Assembly: GCA_964270895.1 (NCBI GenBank)
Contig: OZ185439.1
DNA: 64,000 nucleotides
Source of the DNA: Podarcis filfolensis
Lineage: Eukaryota
Strand: one strand, 5' to 3'
The translations under genes were made by a program, and so were the position numbers. The notes beneath the pieces are model-generated. The model did no database searches. It was not told where the DNA came from and worked only from the letters and a program-made list of their open reading frames with translations. Positions 40,386 to 51,085 of this stretch are shown here, piece after piece (positions within the stretch are counted from its first letter, which is position 1; each line of letters starts with the position of its first letter).

Positions 40386-42764
40386 AAGGACGCGCCTGTA
40401 ACAATCTTGGCTTTGCAAAGACTCAGCGAGCCAACAGAGCAGCTCAGAACGACGGGAATTTGGCCTTCACAGTCTTGGGAGACGTGATGAGCGCCCCGCG
40501 CGCTTGCTTTGCGCCAAGCCGGGCACCTGGAATCATTTCTTGACAAACGCAGCAGGGAAACTGGGGTGTAGGATAGATGGCTGGAGAGCCAGAGAGTCCC
40601 CCTTGGCATTAAGTGAAACAGGGAAAGGTGTCCTCTGATCTTGACATCCTGCAAGAACTTTGAATGAAGGCAGAGACCCGAGCTTTATGCATCCACAGGA
40701 GCTGGCAGGCGCTGCAGCGGGGAAAGAGGCACCACGCACTTATGCACCTCGGTGGGAAAGTGGTGCAGCTTCACTTCTTCAGCCCCCCCGCCCCGCACGC
40801 TCCAGCACAAAGGACAGATGCTTCTGTGATCTGGATCTCTAAGGGGCAGCCCTATCTGGGAAGTAGAAAAGACGCTTTTTTTTTTAAGGACCAGTATTGA
40901 GAAAATCCTGTAGCTTTTTCCGCTAATGTCACTCGTTAGCCATTCTTATGGGCACCACTGGGGCTAGGAAGGTGATTTGAGATAGAGCCTCTTAGCGGGA
41001 CGAAGCCGGGGTCTAAGTATTCTAGATAAATAAGTGCAAAAAACGGGGGACGGAGAGGACAGAACTCAGCAAGTTCCGTGAGTACGGAACTGGGCTATTA
41101 GGAGAGAGGATGGGGTGCGCGGAATGGGCCCGCATGTTTCTGGTCCCGCTTGGATTGAACAGGAAAAGAAAAACCGACTGTGCCTTAGGGTTCAAAACTA
41201 GTCGTTCAGGTCTTTCAGCCTGAGGTTCTTGTCACCGTCTAAGATGGCCTTTCGCTCGTCGCTTGTGGCCTTCGGGTCTTGTCTCCGCAGGCCATGTCTT
41301 TGTGGTCTTTTCGTTGAGGGACATAACAACAACAACAACAACAACAATAATAAAGCAAGTGCAATAAACCTCTACAATATGCAGTAAAGGCGAGATACAA
41401 TGGGGGGGGGGTCACCAAGCTGCTTACATGAACTTATCAGCGTTCAATTCCCTTACCGCTACTGTTGCCACAAATGCAATCTAAGACCTTCGCCCACGCA
41501 AGAGCACGTGTGTCGTGTAATTTCCTAACTTTATGTTCAATAAAGCAGACGCAAATTAGCTGGAAGGTGACTTAAACGCGGCTTGGAAAGCAGCGGCATT
41601 TGCTTCGCTAATCCCTCCCGGAGAGCTGTTCCCCTGCCGTTGCCGGTTCCTTGAAGGAATTTTGCCGGCTGCACCCGAGATAAATTTGCTGAGCAATTGC
41701 CGCCTTCGAAGCGAATCTCTGCAAAAGAGATGCGTGGCTTCGGCGTCATCCCACCCAGAACTTGGCTGCAAATGTTTAGGAAAGCGGCGCAAACCACAGG
41801 CATTAGAGAACCTTGCGAACTTCATGGGTGCATATTATTAATATTTGCTAATAAGAATCACTAGCATTCGTTGTATTAGCGGTGCAGAGTTGGTAGTAGA
41901 AACTTCCCCCTGTCGAAAGCTGTGTGGATTGGGGCCGGTTGTGTAGTTACTAAGCCTTCCCCGGGACTCACCCTACTCACTACCTCCAAGCTAAGGTAGC
42001 TGGAAGTCCGGCCTGCGTAAATGGAGATGGGGCTGGAATCGACCAGCTACAACCCGCATACTAAAGTGAGAGAGAAGAAGCACAGATTGCAGGGCAGCTG
42101 ATGGGCGCCTCGCCCCATTGCTACCTGTGGGTGATATTTGGGAGTGAGCAAGCAAAGGCTTTCATCTCCCTGTCTTCGCCTCTCTCTTTAATATTGCTTG
42201 AAATGGCAGTCCCGCTTCTCCTGGAACGACAGGACCCAACTCCGTCGGAGGGAACTTTTACACCCCACCAAAGTGGGCCCAGAGGGGTTATTTCAGGGGG
42301 TGACGGGGAGAGACGCGTGGCTTGCCGCCTGCTGCTTCCAATCCACAAAACACCTAGCCATCCTCTTTGGATGAATAAACCAGTTGGTTTATTCCATGTA
42401 CATCGCGCTTGTCCTCCAAGTAGCTGAGGGGTGATCGATAGAGGCACCCCCTCCCCCAGCCTCCCCTCATTTAATCCTCCGAACAACCCTGCAATGTAGC
42501 TTTGGGAGAGAATGATTGGCCCAAGGCCACCTAGGGAGCGTGGAGCTGAGTGTTCCTGCCTGATCTTCTGTAAACCAGATGTTGACAGACTTCAGGCTGG
42601 TGGGATCTGCTTAGAGTTTTTAAACCCGGAGATACGCCAACCGGAGCCAGGAAGCTAGAGGCAACCCCCCATAGCACCTTGGGACCCACTGCTTCTGGAA
42701 GTGCAAATTCCTCCCACCAGGTAACAACCTTTATAGCTTCGTGATGGAACATCCGCTTTACAGG

Positions 42765-42885
42765 TCGCGGGTTCAATCCGGGTAGGCCTGGGACTTCTGG
42801 CGTTCTGGAGAGCGCCTGCCTGTCAGTGTAGACAATAATGACCTAGATATACCAGTGGTCTGGTTTGGTATAAGGCAGATTCCCA
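42765..42885 (+). mobile_element. SINE-like fragment, same family
   Basis: B-box-like gggttcaatcc, then ctggagagcgcctgcctgtcagtgtagacaataatgacctagat...ggtataaggcagattcc. Confidence 0.6.
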
Positions 42886-43199
42886 GGTTGCTGATTTAGA
42901 AAGGGCTGACTGAAGTGAATTAACTGCTTTGTTGTTGTCGAGAAGTCTTATTACCCACAGATCTTTCTGCGCGCCCCTGCTCTGAATCACTATTACAGAG
43001 CTAACCTGTGGCGACACTAAGCCCGCTGACCTGGGAGTAAGCCCCACTGAATTCAAGGGCGGGGGTGTGTGTGGCTCATTTCTCATTTCTGAGTAGACCT
43101 GTCTAGGATTGCCTTAACCTGCTCAGTAGGGGCGGGGGGCTTATTCCCAGGTCTCAGCTCTCCTGGCATAAAGTCCTGCATCGCTCCCGGAGCCAGTCC

Positions 43200-43500
43200 A
43201 AGCAGCGCCTTCTGCTTCCAATGAGACGCCTGGTTTTCCAAATCCAGGCGGGGCGGGTGGGGTCCCAGTGGGTTACCTGCGAGGCGAGTCTCCCCCTCCC
43301 GAGACAGGAGAGGTCTGTCCCAGCAGCGCTTTCCTCCTCCTCCTCCTCCCCCCTTTCATCGCGGACCCTCTCAGGCGCCAATCGCAGCGCTTTCGGGCCC
43401 CCCGTTTTAAATATGCAGCGGAGACGTCAGCAGGCGCACCCCCCAGCGAAGGTGGCTGGCCAATATCTATATAAATCTGTGCAAGGCAGAGAATAGTTAG
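43200..43500 (+). promoter_or_regulatory. putative CYP26C1 core promoter
   Basis: TATATAAA at 43468-43475; CCAAT at 43378 and 43460; GC box GGGGCGGG at 43250; CRE-like AGACGTCA at 43422-43429; all inside the CpG island. Predicted TSS ~43500. Confidence 0.6.
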
Positions 43501-43887
43501 AAGGGGTGTGCGCGAAGGATGCTCCCAAAGGGTGAGAGAAGGAGCGTCCGAGCGCAGGCGGTTTTTGACAGCTCGGCAGAGAAGGGGAAAGGCGGAGGGG
43601 GATGAAGAAGAAGCCGCTTCAGAGTCCTCACCCCACGCGCGAGCAGCCTGGGCGGTCAAACCCTCTTTGGATGCCGAGGGGCTGACCGTCGAGGATGGGG
43701 CTCGTGGTGCTTGCGAGTGGGTCCGAGGGATCCCGATCCCAGGCACGCCGGTTCTGAGCAGAATGGCCCCCTCTCGCTCCCTGGCCGCAAAAGGAAACGA
43801 CGGTGCGCTGTAGTTTCCCCGATCCTTTCAAAGGAGGTTGCGATTCTTTCAGACGCGCAGTGGAAACGGGAAAAGACCCCCGCCGAG
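43500..43887 (+). other. CYP26C1: putative 5' non-coding exon of CYP26C1
   Basis: Lies between the TATA box and a strong donor GAG|GTGAGA (43888). A matching acceptor (long pyrimidine tract + CAG, 44258-44259) sits 36 nt before the first in-frame ATG. Inference. Confidence 0.5.
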
Positions 43888-44295
43888 GTGAGAGCAAAGT
43901 GGCTGCGCTGTTGGGTTTCCTTTTATGTTTTTTTGGGGGGCGGGGGGAGACACATCAGGAGAGGTGTCTTGGAGGTCTCCTTGACACCTCCCTCCCGGTT
44001 TGAATCTCAGGTTTTGCGCGGGCGCACTCGCTTTGGATCGCAAGCTTTGCGCGAGATTCCTGTGGGGACTTTAATGGATGGGTGGCGAGGAAAAGCATCT
44101 TTGAATAAAAAGTGGCATTTTGGGGATGGGTTGGCTTCTTTGCTTCCAGTATGCTGAGTTGAACCCACCTCTATGGGAATCCTAATCCGGAGTAGGATGC
44201 CCTGGCATCTGGTAGCAGATTTCCCCTCTCCAATATTCCTTTTCTCTCTCCCTCTCCAGCTGAAGCCACAGTCGGCCAGTGAATTCCTCCGGGCG

Positions 44296-44532
44296 ATGCT
44301 GCCCAGCCCGAGCACGAAGATGCTGCCGCCGGTGGCAACCTCTGAGGATGCGCTCTCCTGGCTGGAGGCTGCGCTGGCCACCTGCCTGGCGGTGGCCTTC
44401 CTGCTGGCGCTGGCGCGGCACCTGTGGGCGCTGCGCTGGAGCCTGAGCCGAGACCGCGCCAGCGCCCTGCCGCTGCCCAAGGGCTCCATGGGTTGGCCCT
44501 TCTTCGGCGAGACGCTGCATTGGCTGGTCCAG
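44296..44532 (+). CDS. CYP26C1: Cytochrome P450 26C1, first coding exon
   Basis: ATG at 44296 (alternative ATG at 44320). N-terminal hydrophobic anchor, then LWALRWSLSRDRASALPLPKGSMGWPFFGETLHWLVQ, the CYP26 signature with proline-rich hinge. CAG|GTGAGC donor. Confidence 0.93.
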
Positions 44533-44780
44533 GTGAGCACCGGGGCGACGGCGGCCAGGGCAGGGCGGGGCAGGTAAAGGATGAGCCTCCTGGGCTTAGC
44601 GCAGCCAGGGCTGCGGGCGGGGGCTCAGCCCAGAGGCACTCTGCACATGATCAGGGCGCCGAAAAAGAGTTCTAGCGAGGGTGTCCCGCTCAAAGGAAGG
44701 TCCTACCGCTAGTCGCCCATTTCTCAGATTGGGAAAACAAAAGCCCTCGAATTGGAGGGAACGGGGGCTGGGCAAATCAG

Positions 44781-44897
44781 GGGTAGCTCAGTCGGTAGAG
44801 CATGAGACTCTTAATCTCCTGGTCGTGGGTTCCGACATTGCAGGGAATCTGACTACATGGCCTTTGTGGTCCCTTCCAACTCTACAATTGCATGATT
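44781..44897 (+). mobile_element. SINE with tRNA-Lys(CTT)-like head and CR1-derived tail, in CYP26C1 intron 1
   Basis: GTAGCTCAGTCGGTAGAGCATGAGACTCTTAATCTC..GGTCGTGGGTTC matches vertebrate tRNA-Lys-CTT as I recall it, truncated at the T-loop. Followed by cattgcaggg...ggtcccttccaactcta...atgatt. Confidence 0.8.
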
Positions 44898-45307
44898 TTA
44901 CGACGCATTTGCCCAGCTGTCAGTTCAGTGGGATTTATTCCCAAGCAGGTGCGCCTAAGGCTGTATCACTTCCAAAGGTGTTCCTCAATGCAGGGAGGAA
45001 AGCACTTTTGTGAGGCTCAGAAACACTCTTCACATGTCCCAGGGTTGAAATTTAGGAATCATAGTAAACCGATTCCCCCTTTGAAAAGGCACTCTGAGTC
45101 CCCTCGGAGGCGATCTCGGGCCGATGGTGCTCTTTCTGGGGGACCAGGATATGTTTGACACAAAGAAGCAGCTGCGAGGACTCAGCCCAGTGGGGAAAGC
45201 GCTCTTCACTACCTCAGAGACACCGTCGACTTTCTTCGCAAACTGTCTGCGAAGCTTGAGTCCAGGCCTGGGTCTCCATCCCTCTCTTTATCTGACTGGC
45301 TGTGCAG

Positions 45308-45532
45308 GGTTCCAGCTTCCACAGCTCCCGGCGGCAGAGATACGGCGCCGTGTTCAAGACGCACCTGCTGGGCAAGCCGGTGATCCGTGTGAGCGGCGCC
45401 GACAACGTGCGCAAGATCCTGCTGGGAGAGCACAGCCTGGTCAGCGCCCAGTGGCCGCTCAGCACCCAGATCCTGCTGGGCTCGCACACCCTGCTCAACG
45501 CCAGCGCCGAGGCGCACCGCCAGCGCAGGAAG
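45308..45532 (+). CDS. CYP26C1: CYP26C1 coding exon 2
   Basis: tgcag acceptor; 225 nt; [42 protein letters not shown]...HRQRRK; AAG|GTAGGA donor. Confidence 0.96.
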
Positions 45533-45639
45533 GTAGGAGGCCGAGGGGCGCGTCGCTGGGGAGGGAAACCTTGGCCGCCGAGCCTGAAACCGAGCCTAGG
45601 CGCCTTCTGGGGAAGAGAAGACAGCTCGCTGGCATTCAT

Positions 45640-45750
45640 CTCCCCCTTACAGGTGTTGTTGGGCCCCCACTCCCATCAACTTCAACCAGCACGGCCAATG
45701 GTAAGGAACCGTGAGAGATGCGGTCCAGCAATATCTAGGGGTGGGGAGCC
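45640..45750. mobile_element. diverged hAT-type MITE in CYP26C1 intron 2
   Basis: caggtgttgttggg..cactcccatca..ccagcacggccaatggt.agg....g.gag.tgcggtccagcaatatctaggg aligns by eye to the MITE at 50588-50855. Confidence 0.65.
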
Positions 45751-45924
45751 CTATAGCTAAAAGCTGGCTGTCGAAGTTTGTGCTGGGCGCTGTCGCAGAT
45801 TCCAGTAGCCACTCCTTGGACCCACGCATTACGCAATTCTCTTGGTTGTTGCTAGGACTATACCACTTAGGGCTACTGCTGGTGGCCGGGGTTGCAACCC
45901 CCCATTCTTACAATCTCTCTCTAC

Positions 45925-45945
45925 CTCCCTCTCCCTCTCCCTCTC

Positions 45946-45997
<52 letters not shown>
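45925..45997. repeat. (CT)n polypyrimidine microsatellite in CYP26C1 intron 2
   Basis: Direct reading. Confidence 0.95.
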
Positions 45998-46002
<5 letters not shown>

Positions 46003-46292
46003 GTGAACACAGGTAACCTCTCCCAGCTTAGGAAAGTTTCCCCACCCCATAGCTCAGCATTCAAACAGGCGCAAAGTGGTATAGTCCGGGGAAGAATCTC
46101 GGCGGTTCTCGTGTTTGTACCGACTGGCCCATTCAAGAGACCAGAATGGGGGAAAGAATTGGGGGACTGGTGAAGGGGGGAAATGGCCCTGGGGCTTTGG
46201 GGCACGACGTCCCTAGTAGCGACCGCTCCGCTCCCCCAATTAATTTTACATCGCCCGCGGCGATTATCTCCCTTCTCTTTTCGCCGCGTCAG

Positions 46293-46568
46293 ATCCTGGT
46301 CAGAGTCTTCAGCCGCGCCGCCCTGGAGAGCTACCTGCCCCGCATCCAGAAGGTGGTGCGCTGGGAGCTGCGCGGCTGGTGCCGGCAGCCGGGCCCTGTC
46401 GCCGTCTATTCTTCCGCCAAGACCTTGACCTTCCGCATCGCCGCGCGGATCCTGCTGGGACTCAGCCTGGAGGAGAAGCAGTTCAAGGAGCTGGCTCGGA
46501 CCTTTGAGCAACTGGTGGAGAATCTCTTCTCCTTGCCGCTCAACATCCCCTTCAGCGGGCTGCGGAAG
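46293..46568 (+). CDS. CYP26C1: CYP26C1 coding exon 3
   Basis: gtcag acceptor; 276 nt; ILVRVFSRAALESYLPRIQ...FEQLVENLFSLPLNIPFSGLRK; AAG|GTAGGG donor. Confidence 0.96.
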
Positions 46569-47784
46569 GTAGGGTTGCGTGTGCATGTGTGTGTGTGTGT
46601 GTGTCCCCATCCTCATCCTCATCGCCATCCAAAGAACTAACTCCGACCATGATCACTTACCCCTATCTGAAGTCCCGCTAATGCCACTGATGAGCGCAGA
46701 ATCCTAGAACCCCTGGTCTAAAGCGTGTTTATGGCTGTATCCCTACCCTTTGCATCGGATAGACCTTATTTATTACTATAATTCACATCTTTCTAGGCCG
46801 CCTTTCAAGACTATGGGTGTCCCAAGGCGGCTTTCCTCAATAGCAAGTATTAAAGTGAGTAAAATACTCCTTTCTCGCCCATTTGGGGGGTCGGAGGTGG
46901 GGTGAGGTTCTGGCTTTGAGCTCTCGGGAGCCCCATCCTCTATTCAGACCAAGCAGCTGGAATAATTTTCTGCTGGAAAGGTATTCTGCACCTGCTCAGA
47001 GGCACCTTGCACCTCTTGCTTATTTGTTTGTGTAGGCTATTTTAACCCCCCCCCCCCGCTTTCCCCCCAAGCAGGACGCAATTAAGTTTTATAGCACAAA
47101 TGAGACAGCAACCAAACTTTAAAGGCACAAAATCCCAATTAAAACAAAATACCTGCCTATTCTAAAGCCTTTGAAAAGGAAGGGTTTTTTTAAAAAAAAT
47201 GGATTTAATATTCACACGCGTTGCAACATATGTTGAGTTGCACATTGACTCTAATATAGAATGAACGGTGCGAAATTCAGTTGGAAAAGTCTGAATTGCC
47301 CAAGGTGTCCAGATTGAAAAGGACAAACTCCGGCATCTGTCGCATCGTGCTGGAACACTGATCGCAACGCTTAGGGGGCCACCGCAAAAAAGGCTCTTTC
47401 TGCCTGACAAGCGGCAGAACCGCAAATTGGTTCTCATTCCCAGATCGGAAAGGTCAGGGGAGAGCGCTGCCTGGACCTGAGCAGAGCCTTGCATTTAGCC
47501 CCCAAACGATTCGGAACCCAGCGGAGCCCATAAAGCACAGGTGCCAGTTCTAACCTGAGCGACAGGATACTGGGCAGGCTGAGCTCTTTACTGGTCCAGA
47601 TTCAAAGCCTGGTCGAAGCCACCCGGTTCCTTGCAACGGAGCACTTTCTGCGGCTTCTGCTCAAGGCCTTTATTGGCTGTGAAGGGATTTTGGCGGCGCC
47701 CGTGGACGCGCGCCGCGGGTCGCGCAGTGCCGACCACCTCTCCTCTAAAACTAGGTCCCTTTGAATTAAATGCGTCTTGGTCTC

Positions 47785-47885
47785 TGAATTCACTGGGTCT
47801 TACTCCCAGGTAAACAGAGATTTATGACTGCAGCCTAAGGACCCTGTTGAATTCAACAGGACTTACTTCCGAGTAGACCTGCACC
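47785..47885. repeat. short hairpin (palindromic) dispersed repeat; about 11 copies in the window
   Basis: Core gagtaagYcccattgaaYtcaatgggacttacttctgagta; this copy contains the perfect palindrome cctgttgaattcaacagg. Other copies at ~3485, 7945, 17150, 17270, 28645, 43030, 55860, 58210, 58855, 63410 and 63480. Confidence 0.75.
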
Positions 47886-48849
47886 AAGTTTCACTGCTCG
47901 TTGGGGCTTATTTATTGATTTCCCAGGTCCATAGGATCGCCTAAGGCTCTCTCATCACCCCCCACACCCCCACACCCGAGCGAGTTTCGTAGAAATCCAT
48001 TGGGTTCCCCCGACAAGTAAAGCAATAATCCAAAACAGCATTCTTTGAGTTGGAAGCAAATCCCATTTGAACTCTTTCCTTCGGAGTTAAGAGGATCGCA
48101 TTCGCATTGCACTAAAGGCAGGAACAAGTTGCGTCCTGCGGAGTAAAGGCATCGTCAATGCAGAGTGCCTTTGTACGGTCACGGTGGCTGCCTGGTGGCG
48201 GAGGAAAAGGCATTGAGATCTCCTCGAATATCTTCCCCTTTCTCCTTTTTTTGCTTCCAGAAAGTCGTTCATGCCTGATCCATTTAAACACTGTCTCATC
48301 CGTGCTCCCATTGCACCGGCTGCGACGCCTTACGATTTAAGGCTTTAAACGATTCCCTTCCTGGTATAATTTGGGATTGTTCACATAAACACACGCAAGT
48401 CTAGCGCAAGTTTGGGCCAGGTGTGGTGCCATTCATTTGGGTTTTTCTTTAGCAACCAGTGGACTTTCAGGATCTCGGATTCCTCCACCCCCACCGCTGG
48501 AGTTCCCGGCTTCCTCTTATTGTTCACCTTTTCAAAATTTGGCAGCTCAGCGGCTGAAGGCTTTGTAGTCCTCGGGATTTCCTTTCTCACTGCACTGATT
48601 ATGGGTTACGTTGGGCGGGATTGACAGGAACTTTCCCCGTTTCAGCGAAGGAAGAGGATATATTAAGCGCCGCATGTAATTATAATGAGCTCCTACCTGG
48701 AGAAGTACGGTAAAAGATTGCCTGAACGTTCCAAGCAATAAGCGACTTCTGACTTCTTCGGCCCCCAAAGGGGCTAGACCTGTGTGTGTGTGCGCGCGCG
48801 TCTGTGCCTTTCTCCTTAGCCATTGCTGTTTTCTCTCTGAACCCTTCAG

Positions 48850-49005
48850 GGAATAAAGGCCAGGAATCTGCTACACGAGTACATGGAGAAAGCCATCTCG
48901 GAGAAACTGAAGCAGAAGGATCCTGAGGCTCACAGCGACGCTCTGGATTTCATTATCAACAGTGCCAAGGAGCATGGCAAAGAATTTACCATGCAGGAGC
49001 TGAAG
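48850..49005 (+). CDS. CYP26C1: CYP26C1 coding exon 4
   Basis: ttcag acceptor; 156 nt; GIKARNLLHEYMEKAISEKLKQKDPEAHSDALDFIINSAKEHGKEFTMQELK; AAG|GTAACT donor. Not in the ORF track; read by eye. Confidence 0.95.
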
Positions 49006-49784
49006 GTAACTTCCTTTAAGCCGCCTGGAGTGGCCACAGTTGTCCCCTAGCTCACCCAACCAAACATGGTCCTTTCCAAAATGACCATGTAAAGAAGTGA
49101 TAAAGGTGTAAGTGCCTCTGACCATGTGCAAAGGTCATTTCTGTAGGTGCATCCCACACAGTCTACAAGCAAGACATTATCACAGGACTTCCAAGACTCT
49201 CTTTCCAAGTTAGTTCCAACCACGTTATAGAAATAATAACCACATATGATGAAACAATTATTCCCACTCTGTCTGGCATAATCTTTGCCCTGCATCTTTT
49301 CTGTGGTGTTCAGTTAACTCACATTGACTTTGAACCAGGCATGGATCAGGATCATGCCCATTTGTTTATTATGGTTGTATTACGCTTTTCCTTGGGGAAA
49401 TTCGACGTGGTTTCTTGGCAGTACACACAAAGCATCCTAGGAATTGTGGTTTTTCACCTTTCACAAAACTACAATTCCCAGCACCCTTGACAAATTACAG
49501 CCTCCAGGATTCTTTGTGAGGGAGAAATGGGTTGCTGAGCTCTAGCACTGTGACAGCATCCTGTTACCTCAAGCCGATGAATGTCAGTACTGCACCCAGA
49601 AGTCATTGTGGTGACTGCGGTCCTCTCCTACTTGCCACAGGGACAGATGGGTTTCACTGGGTGGGATTGACAGAAGGAAAACTTTCCTAATTTCAGCTAA
49701 GGAAGAGGATATATTGAGTGCTGAATCTGGTGTCTGGAGATCTGATGTGGCCTCCTGCACTTATCCTGAATAGAATCCAGGGTT

Positions 49785-49975
49785 TAGGGTTGCCATATTT
49801 CAAAAAGTGAAAACCAGGACACCCCAAGCTTTTTTGATGGCATTTCTGGCACAGTTTAACCCCCATTGACAGTTTTCCAGGACATTTGACTGATTTCCGA
49901 AAAATAATCCAGATGCAATTTTCGGAGGCAAAATCCTGGACATGGCCTGGAAAATCAGGACACATGGCAGTCCTA
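49785..49975. mobile_element. hAT (Blackjack-like) MITE in CYP26C1 intron 4
   Basis: Imperfect TIRs TAGGGTTGCCA...TGGCAGTCCTA with internal aaaaccaggaca / tcctggaca repeats. Confidence 0.7.
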
Positions 49976-50587
49976 AAAGGCTGGGTGTGGAGATTTTTGC
50001 AGCAAATGGTTTGAAGTGGAGCTTATTTGATTGCTCTACACCAGATCTCTTTCTCCACGTATCATATTGAACTGAATTATTATAAATAGCAGCCTTGAGG
50101 AGAAGCTATTTTTTCTTGAAAATAGGGCCAATTCAGTAAAGTCCTAAACACACTTTAGGGGAAGAGGTAAAAAATCAGTTTCAAAGAAGTGAGACTTCTT
50201 TCTGTGCCTCTGATCACCCATCAGGAACCACAACAATAGGAGTAGTCTTTAAAGCACAGAATACAGTTGAGGATTGTATTGTTTTTATTTTAATTTTAAG
50301 TCATTCTTGTTTTGACAATTGAAATCGATTGGAATGGTCAGAGTAAGTGTTTCCAGGATCCAAACGATAAACAGAACCACATGAGCTGGTTGATGGGATT
50401 CCATATGACATAAGCAGCTGTCTAAACTAGAAAGGCCTCTTTCCAGACAATGAAGTATGTGCCATGCCATGCTGACTCCGCTGTAATAGGTGGTGACTTC
50501 ACTGAAGTCAACAATTACCCATCTGCATGGCTATTTTGGCAAATTGGCTTTGCTAGGATGGTGTGTGAATTGGTCTATTCTGTAAAC

Positions 50588-50855
50588 CAAAGATGGGGAA
50601 CCTGCAGCTTCCAGATGTTGTTGGACTCTCATCTTCCCCAGCCAGTGTGTCCAGAGATGATAAGACAGGCATCCCCAACCTTTGGCCCTCTAGATGTTTT
50701 GGCCAACAACTCCCATGATCCCTAGCTAACAGGACCAGTGGTCAGGGATGATGGGAACTGTAGTCCAAAACATCTGGAGGGCCAAATGTTAGGAATTCCT
50801 GTGATAGGAGGTGTCACCCAGCAACATCTGGAGGGCCACAAGTTCCCCACTTCTC
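50588..50855. mobile_element. nested hAT MITEs: outer copy interrupted by an inner copy at 50666-50801
   Basis: The inner element CAGGCATCCCCAACC...GGAATTCCTG is flanked by 8-bp TSDs tgataaga / tgatagga. The outer halves gatggggaacctgcagcttccagatgttgttgg and cagcaacatctggagggccacaagttccccac rejoin when it is removed. Confidence 0.8.
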
Positions 50856-50949
50856 CTGTGAATGCAAAAAGAGATTGATTGGAGCACACATAATTTTCAT
50901 ATTTTCTCTTCAGTATAAAGAGAAACTTTTCAACATTTGTTGCTTAAAC

Positions 50950-51085
50950 CAGGCTCCCTCAAACTTGGCCCTCCAGATGTTTTTGGCCTACAACTCCCCT
51001 GATCTCTAGCTATCAGGACCAGTGGTCAGGGATGATGGGAATTGTAGTCTCAAAACATCTGGAGGGCTGAGTTTGAGGAAGCCTG
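50950..51085. mobile_element. intact hAT MITE
   Basis: TIRs CAGGCTCCCTCAAACTTGGCCCTCCAGATGTTTT / AAAACATCTGGAGGGCTGAGTTTGAGGAAGCCTG; perfect 8-bp TSD gcttaaac at 50942-49 and 51086-93. Confidence 0.9.

Larger units (their letters stand above)
33900..48800. promoter_or_regulatory. broad CpG-rich domain (CpG island cluster) over the EXOC6 3' end and CYP26C1 5' half
   Basis: Visibly dense CpG dinucleotides and GC-rich tracts compared with the CpG-poor 1-33 kb region. Typical of developmental-regulator loci; boundaries approximate. Confidence 0.8.

Noticed and set aside
33961-43900. Many 60-170 aa ORFs in the CpG domain as a hidden gene
   Set aside because: Low-complexity Arg/Gly/Pro/Ala-rich translations on all frames, with no consistent exon chain; expected from GC content.
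44781-44835. Functional tRNA-Lys(CTT) gene
   Set aside because: The 5' and 3' acceptor-stem sequences are missing, the T-arm is truncated, and it runs directly into a CR1 tail, so it is a SINE head.
44007-46628. Long antisense ORFs (44007-44540, 177 aa; 45214-45639, 141 aa; 45921-46628, 235 aa)
   Set aside because: They are shadows of GC-rich CYP26C1 exons and microsatellites; stop codons are rare in such sequence, and the translations show no recognisable domain.
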